A DNA stretch of 43,254 nucleotides from the NCBI RefSeq assembly GCF_001194135.2, contig NC_069007.1, positions 12,337,617 to 12,380,870 on the forward strand, in the 5' to 3' direction. Numbering within the stretch: position 1 is the first letter of the stretch; every line of letters begins with the position of its first letter. Below are positions 36,337 through 43,254 of this stretch, piece by piece. The notes beneath the pieces were generated by a model. It saw only the letters and a program-made list of their open reading frames with translations. It was not told the DNA's origin and searched no databases. Both the position numbers and the translations under genes were made by a program. The DNA comes from Octopus bimaculoides. Taxonomy: Eukaryota.

Positions 36337-36810
36337 TCTACTAAAGGCACAAGGCCTGAAATTTTGGGGGAGGGGACCAGTTGATTACAATCGATCCCAG
36401 TGTTTCACTGGTACTCAATTTATCGACTCCAAAAGGATGAAAGTCAAAGTCAACCTTGATGAAATTTGAACTCAGAATATGTGGACAGACAAAGTGCCAC
36501 TAAACATTTCTCCCGGCGTGCTAACAATTCTGCCAGCTCACCACCTTAATAATAATAATAATAATAATCCTTTCTACAATAGGTACAAGGCCTGGAGTTT
36601 GTGGCGAGGGGACAAGTCAATTACATCAACCCCAGTGTTTCACTGGTACTTAATTTATCGACCCTGAAGGGATGAAAGGCAAAGTCAACCTTGGCAGAAT
36701 TTGAACTTGGAACATAGCAGTGGGCAAAATACCACTAAGCTTTTCATGCAGCATACTAACGATTTTGCCAGCTCACTGCCTTAATAATGAGGATAATAAG
36801 GATGATGATA

Positions 36811-36845
<35 letters not shown>

Positions 36846-37037
36846 AGAAATAATGATAATAATAATAATCCTTGCTACTATTGGCTCAAAGCCTGAAATT
36901 CTGGGGAAGAGGAGAGTTGATTACATCAACCCCTGTATATGAATGGTACTTATATAACTGACCCTGAAAGGATAGAAGGCAAAGTTGACTTTGGTAGGAT
37001 TTGAACTCAGAATGTGCAGATGGATGAAATGCTGTTA
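36176..37037 (-). mobile_element. Chain of four head-to-tail family A SINEs joined by (AAT)n
   Basis: Four co-oriented GGATGAAAGGCAAAGTC...GAACTCAG-type units; three end in GCCAGCTC.CC.CCTT-like sequence followed by AATAAT. Confidence 0.88.
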
Positions 37038-37914
37038 GTTCACCACTTTGAGTACTCACAGGATAATACCTCTCCGTTGAGTGGAGATATGGTATTAAGG
37101 AATAAGAAAATATGATAGAGGAACAAGAATTAGAGTCGCTTTGAAATGTTTTCCTTTACAATTAAGTTGACCAAACTCAACCCAGATATCCAAAACTGGG
37201 TCTTTTCTGTAATAAATAAAGCATTCTTTATTCACTGATTTACTTTCATTCAAACTAGAATAGAAAAAAATCATTTTTCACCAAGTGAGATGTGACGTTT
37301 ATAATCACAACCGATATTGATAATAAACCTGGCACCAAAAGTACAAACAAATCTGTGAGAGCTGTCTAAGTCAGCTTAAATATTCTTCCCTTTTTGTTTG
37401 GTCTTTCCATCAAAATCAAAATTCAATTCTATTATAAAATACTGAAAAAAAAATAAACAAAATCAAAAACATTCAATAATGGAAACCTTAGTTTTTGGTC
37501 TGTTTGACTTCCTGAGAATGAAGATGGTCATTGTTTGAAATTTATTCTTTTAACGATAGAAAGGTGAATACAAACACAAACTAAATATATTTTTATCCAC
37601 TTTACATGTGAACAAAATGTAATCTGGTCATTGTGGGAATTGGAAATGTTGTGGAAATGTTTGTAGACAAATGGCAAGAAATCCCAGAAGACCTTCCTGT
37701 AAATTCCTGGAAACTGTTGCTTCTCTTTCGAAGACAAAAATGCCATTTCACATGCAAACATTTCTATACGCTTGTATTTACACGCCTCAATTTATTTACC
37801 TATTGTATATTTATAAACTGATATTTATACACTTTCTATACACTTCTAATTATATACATATATTTATACATCCCTATTTATACACTTATGTTTATACAAA
37901 CGTATAACTTTTAT

Positions 37915-38090
37915 CTTTTACTTGTTTCAGTCATTTGACTGCAGCCATGCTGGAGCACCACCTTGAAAGGTTTTAGTCAAACAAATCAATCACAGGATTT
38001 TTTTTTAAGCATAGCACTTATTTTATCAATCTCTTTTGCCAGACTGTTAAGTTAAAGGAATATAAACACACCAACACCGGTTGTCAAACT
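37915..38090 (-). mobile_element. Family B SINE 3' part
   Basis: CTTGTTTCAGTCATTTGACTGCAGCCATGCTGGAGCACC. Confidence 0.85.
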
Positions 38091-38280
38091 GAATTTAATT
38101 CAAAACAATATGAATAAATAAGCATTACATTTAACAGAATAAACTGAATGCTAAAGGGTTAATTTAGGTTTTAGACACCAACTTAATAATGAGTAAGTTA
38201 TTTTATCAAATTCTTCATTATTTCTAAAATTAATTGAAACAAAGGCGGTGCATCTCAACAGAAATATGGCAACAAAAGTG

Positions 38281-38510
38281 TTAACCCTTTTGTTACCTTA
38301 TTTCTGTTGAGATGCTCTGTGTTTCTTTCAATTAATTTTAAATATAACAAAGAATTTAGTAAAATAACTTCATTATCATTAAGCTAGTGTTAGGAATATA
38401 AATTGTGACTAAGGTTTGGTGGAAGATTTTAATTCGGAATTTTTGAAAACAAGACATTTGTACTACAGAGCCAGAGGTGGTTTCGGCTAGTTTGGTACCA
38501 AAAGGGTTAA
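38281..38510 (+). mobile_element. TTAA-flanked piggyBac-like MITE
   Basis: TTAA-CCCTTTTGTTACC ... GGTACCAAAAGGG-TTAA. Confidence 0.85.
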
Positions 38511-38534
38511 AGAATTGCTTCTCTTTTATATATT

Positions 38535-38764
38535 TTGACCCTTTCATTGCCGTATTTCTGTTGAGATGCTCTGTGTTTCTTTTAATTAATTTTAAATATA
38601 ACAAAAAATTTAGTAAAATAACTTAGTAATCATTAAGCTAGTGTTAGGAACATAAATTGTGACTAAGATTTGATGGAAGATTATAATTCAGAACTTTTGA
38701 AAACAAGACATTTGTACTACAGAGCCTGAGGTGGTTTCAGCCAGGTTGGTATCAGAAGGGTTAG
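38535..38764 (+). mobile_element. Second tandem copy of the TTAA MITE
   Basis: Colinear with 38281-38510; ends decayed to TTGA/TTAG. Confidence 0.85.
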
Positions 38765-39139
38765 ACGACTTCATTTTTTGAACTGCTTCCATGACTGGCA
38801 TCTTTTTCTGCCCAAAATATATCTGTTTTAGATACCAATTGTTATTCTGACCTTCCTGATTTTAGTTTATTTTCCTAAGACATTCAAAACCATCTGAAAG
38901 ACGTCATAAATGACTACAATAAAATTCTTCTAAACAGCCATCAAAATAACTTGGCTCTCATATGTCTCTTTGTGAAACTGATCCGGCAGAGTTAACAGAA
39001 GAATATACATGACTTAAAAGTTATTTAAAACCAAAGATTGGAAATAACTTTTCCAATTTCTCTGAAGTATCATTAAACACCAAACAATCTCTAATGAATG
39101 TAAGGGAAAACCTAACCATTGTCTTGTTAAAAGTTTGAT

Positions 39140-39878
39140 GGCATTGGCTGTGTGGTTAAGAAGGTCACTTAGCAACCATGTGGCTTCAGGTTCAGTCCTG
39201 CTGCATGGTACCACAGGCAATTGTCTTTTACTATAATCCCAGGAGACCAAGGCCTTGTGAGTGAATTTGCTGGAAACTGTGTGGAAGCATATTGTAAATA
39301 GATATAGGTGCAGGCACAACTGTGTAGTAAGAAGCTTGCTTCATTCCCACTGTGTGAAATTTTTTGGCAAGTGTCTTCTGCTATAGGCTCAATCTGACTA
39401 AAGCCTTGCGAGTGGATTTGGTGGAGGGAAACTGAAAGAAGCCCATTGTGTATATATATCATCATCATCTTCATTTAACGTCCATTGTCCATACTGGCAT
39501 GGATTGGATAGTTTGACCAGGGCTGGTAAGCTGGAAGGCTGCACCAGACTCCAGTCTGATTTGGCATGGTTTTCTACAGCTGGATGCCCTTCCTAACGCC
39601 AACCACTCTGAGAGTGTAATGGGTGCTTTTATGTGTCACTGACACGGGTGCCATTTGCTTGACACCAGTATCTGCCACAACCGTCATTTTGCTTGTCTTG
39701 ACGGATCTTCTTCTCAAGCGTGACATAATACCAAAGGTCTCAGTCATTGCCTCCATGGGGTAAGATATATATATAGGCACAGGAGTGGCTGTTTGGTAAG
39801 TAGCTTGCTTACCAACCACATGGTTCCGGGTTCAGTCCCACTGCATTGCACCTTGGGAAAGTGTCTTCTACTATAGCC
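39140..39878. mobile_element. Cluster: three family B 5' parts (+) and one family C (39457-39760 -)
   Basis: Homology to other copies. Confidence 0.8.
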
Positions 39879-40482
39879 NNNNNNNNNNNNNNNNNNNNNN
39901 NNNNNNNNNNNNNNNNNNNNNNNNNNNNNNNNNNNNNNNNNNNNNNNNNNNNNNNNNNNNNNNNNNNNNNNNNNNNNNNNNNNNNNNNNNNNNNNNNNNN
40001 NNNNNNNNNNNNNNNNNNNNNNNNNNNNNNNNNNNNNNNNNNNNNNNNNNNNNNNNNNNNNNNNNNNNNNNNNNNNNNNNNNNNNNNNNNNNNNNNNNNN
40101 NNNNNNNNNNNNNNNNNNNNNNNNNNNNNNNNNNNNNNNNNNNNNNNNNNNNNNNNNNNNNNNNNNNNNNNNNNNNNNNNNNNNNNNNNNNNNNNNNNNN
40201 NNNNNNNNNNNNNNNNNNNNNNNNNNNNNNNNNNNNNNNNNNNNNNNNNNNNNNNNNNNNNNNNNNNNNNNNNNNNNNNNNNNNNNNNNNNNNNNNNNNN
40301 NNNNNNNNNNNNNNNNNNNNNNNNNNNNNNNNNNNNNNNNNNNNNNNNNNNNNNNNNNNNNNNNNNNNNNNNNNNNNNNNNNNNNNNNNNNNNNNNNNNN
40401 NNNNNNNNNNNNNNNNNNNNNNNNNNNNNNNNNNNNNNNNNNNNNNNNNNNNNNNNNNNNNNNNNNNNNNNNNNNNNNNNNN

Positions 40483-40513
<31 letters not shown>

Positions 40514-40844
40514 TATATAAATACAGTGTACATTTAAACACATAAGAGATCTAACACACTAGGAGTAGTCAAAATCCAAACCACTATTAGGGATAATTTC
40601 GAAGAGAATGAAAAATAAAAACATTTACATTTATCTCCTGGACCATGGTTTCAAAACTCTATTTAGCAAATAAAGTAATTTGCCAGGCGAAGTTCTCATC
40701 AGCAAGAATGGCAAGATTAACATATAAATACGAGACAATACAGTACATGCCTCATGCTTACATATTACAATTTCTCAAATCCACCACGTAAGCACAGTTT
40801 TTTGTCAGCAGCAAATAAAATAATGCCAACTCCAAAAAAATTAT

Positions 40845-41010
40845 TAATAAATATCAGGGTAGAAAAAAATTTTAGAAATTTTTTACTACCAGTGGCCTAG
40901 CATGTATATAGTCTATATATAGACTATATATAGTCTATTGACTATTTTTCTACATGCTAAGCCACTGGTAGTAAAAATTTCTGTGAGTTTTCCTACCCTG
41001 ATATTTATTA
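40845..41010. mobile_element. MITE/fold-back with about 60-bp TIRs and a palindromic TA-rich core
   Basis: TAATAAATATCAGGGTAG...TACTACCAGTGGC.TAGCATGTA vs its reverse complement at 40951-41010. Confidence 0.85.
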
Positions 41011-41576
41011 TATATATCTGTGTGTGTGTGCATTATATAGATAGATAGACAAACAGGCAGACTGATAGTTATACATTCAGATATGGGTAGAGAGATCTCG
41101 ATCTCTATGTATATTAAGTTTATAATAAACAATATCTCCAAAATAAAGAGTTATTTAGTGTGTCAAATATAGAGTAAATTTATTGTTAACTTTACCTACT
41201 TGTCCATAATCTTCAGTAATTTGTCAGATGTTGGTGGAACAATGAAATATTCCTCTTTGTTGATTCATCATTTGTCAAATATTTTCCTGGTCGATATCTT
41301 CAAGAGGTGGATTTTCAATGTAACACAACATGTATGTGTGCATATATATATATTTATGTGTGTGTTTGTGTATATATGGATGTGTTTGAAGGTAAGATTT
41401 TAATTCATTTCCGCTCTGGGTTTCATCTCTCCAAAAGCTTGGCAAAACAGCTGTTAAATTGGTGATGGCAACAATGTGTTGGGATCAGCTTCATGCAAAG
41501 GGACAAGGAGAACTACTATAGAATATATTTTTTTGTTGTGTTTGAGTTTGGTGTGTTTGTGTATCAACTGTATATA

Positions 41577-41760
41577 TACAGGGTGGGATGGGTAAATTGT
41601 CGCCATCTTATATTTTTCATTTCATGCATGTGTATTGTTTGTTTTTGATTTTGTTGACTACATAGTATAGTAGGGTCGTTGGGCACCGTCTGTGTGAAAA
41701 CCAGCACCATGACACAATTCACTCTGACAGAAATTTAGAAATGACATGCTGTACTTTTAT
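41577..41760 (+). mobile_element. Tc1/mariner-like 5' end fragment
   Basis: TA-CAGGGTGGG terminus; disrupted frame MTQFTLTEI*K*HAVL from 41709; no second TIR seen. Confidence 0.4.
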
Positions 41761-41927
41761 TCCTACCTCAGTTCATCTAATTGTATATATCTATCATTAC
41801 TTTTCATAAAAAGCCTTTACTTTTTTTGATTTCCAATGTGCATTTTCGCTTATTTTTCTTCTTACTTTCCCCTTACATTTCCATGTGTAGTTTCTATCTT
41901 GTTTTTGTAACATATTTCTATTATATA

Positions 41928-41962
<35 letters not shown>

Positions 41963-42670
41963 GTATATATTTATATATACCAGAGTAAGCACATAAATGC
42001 GAAACAAGATGAAAAAAATAGTACTCGAATACCAGAAGTAGAGNNNNNNNNNNNNNNNNNNNNNNNNNNNNNNNNNNNNNNNNNNNNNNNNNNNNNNNNN
42101 NNNNNNNNNNNNNNNNNNNNNNNNNNNNNNNNNNNNNNNNNNNNNNNNNNNNNNNNNNNNNNNNNNNNNNNNNNNNNNNNNNNNNNNNNNNNNNNNNNNN
42201 NNNNNNNNNNNNNNNNNNNNNNNNNNNNNNNNNNNNNNNNNNNNNNNNNNNNNNNNNNNNNNNNNNNNNNNNNNNNNNNNNNNNNNNNNNNNNNNNNNNN
42301 NNNNNNNNNNNNNNNNNNNNNNNNNNNNNNNNNNNNNNNNNNNNNNNNNNNNNNNNNNNNNNNNNNNNNNNNNNNNNNNNNNNNNNNNNNNNNNNNNNNN
42401 NNNNNNNNNNNNNNNNNNNNNNNNNNNNNNNNNNNNNNNNNNNNNNNNNNNNNNNNNNNNNNNNNNNNNNNNNNNNNNNNNNNNNNNNNNNNNNNNNNNN
42501 NNNNNNNNNNNNNNNNNNNNNNNNNNNNNNNNNNNNNNNNNNNNNNNNNNNNNNNNNNNNNNNNNNNNNNNNNNNNNNNNNNNNNNNNNNNNNNNNNNNN
42601 NNNNNNNNNNNNNNNNNNNNNNNNNNNNNNNNNNNNNNAACGACGATGATGATGATGATATATACACACA

Positions 42671-43058
42671 CAGTAATCTCTCAACTAACATGGGTGTTAC
42701 GTTCCAAAACCCCATGCAATAGGTGAAAATCTGCGAAGTAGAAACAGTACTGTACTGTATATTTTTTTTCTTGTTTTTATAATTTTTACATGTTTCTTTT
42801 ATTATAAATGCAAAACAACACCACAGAGGAATCAATGTAAGCATAAATAATGAACCGCGATAGGTAAATCATGATAGATGAACCGTGATAGATGAACCGT
42901 GATAGGTGAACCATGATGGGTGAAGTGCAATAGGTGAACCGTGATAGGTGAACTGCAATAGGTGAACCGTGATAGTTGAACCGTGATAGCTGAACCGTGA
43001 TAGCTGAACCGTGATAGCAGAACCGTGATAGCTGAACCGTGATAGGTGAACCGTGATT
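42671..43058 (+). mobile_element. pogo/Tigger-like MITE with an expanded subterminal repeat
   Basis: CAGTAATCTCTC...GTTACGTTCCAAAACCCC...GAAAATCTGCGAAGTAG is a Tigger-type start; GAACCGCGATA motif is expanded at the 3' side. Confidence 0.6.
42849..43058 (+). repeat. Minisatellite, 15 x 14 bp (consensus GGTGAACCGTGATA)
   Basis: Units counted directly; no spacers. Confidence 0.92.
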
Positions 43059-43254
43059 TGTTGTTGTTGTTGGCACTCCGTCGCTTACGACATCAAGGGT
43101 TCCAGTTGATCCGATCAATGGAACAGCCTGCTCGTGAAATTAACGTGCAAGTGGCTGAGCACTCCACAAACACGTGTACCCTTAACGTAGTTCTCGGGGA
43201 TATTCAGCATGACACAGTGTGACAAGGCTGACCCTTTGAATTACAGGCACAACA
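43059..43254 (-). mobile_element. Family D SINE 3' part, running off the window end
   Basis: Near-identical reverse complement of 34431-34610. Confidence 0.9.

Noticed and set aside
42731-42760. GAAA-CAGTACTG-TA palindrome as a hammerhead half
   Set aside because: No CUGANGA or stem II upstream; it is part of the Tigger-like element.
42849-43058. CRISPR-like array
   Set aside because: Units are contiguous with no unique spacers, the context is eukaryotic, and there are no cas genes. The same applies to 23245-23545.

Overview
AT-rich, gappy eukaryotic scaffold sequence, intronic or intergenic, with no recognisable complete gene. The repeat families resemble those of octopus/coleoid cephalopods; this is inferred by recognition, not by a database search. 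The window is mostly microsatellites, several dispersed SINE families (labelled A-E here), Tc1/mariner-, pogo/Tigger- and TTAA (piggyBac-like) MITEs, and fold-back hairpins. Nearly all ORFs in the track are microsatellite or N-gap artefacts. The most notable hidden signal is a set of minimal type-I hammerhead ribozyme motifs: 37-76(-), 77-116(+), 274-319(-), 10167-10217(+), 22695-22737(+), 26186-26222(+), plus a truncated copy at 7110. They fall into at least five sequence families. Most have self-complementary stem III segments of the kind established for Penelope-like retroelement hammerheads, and two form a mirror-image pair in a 63-bp inverted repeat. Catalytic activity is untested, and every motif deviates from the canonical core at one or more positions. 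SINE boundaries are approximate except where a target-site duplication defines them.
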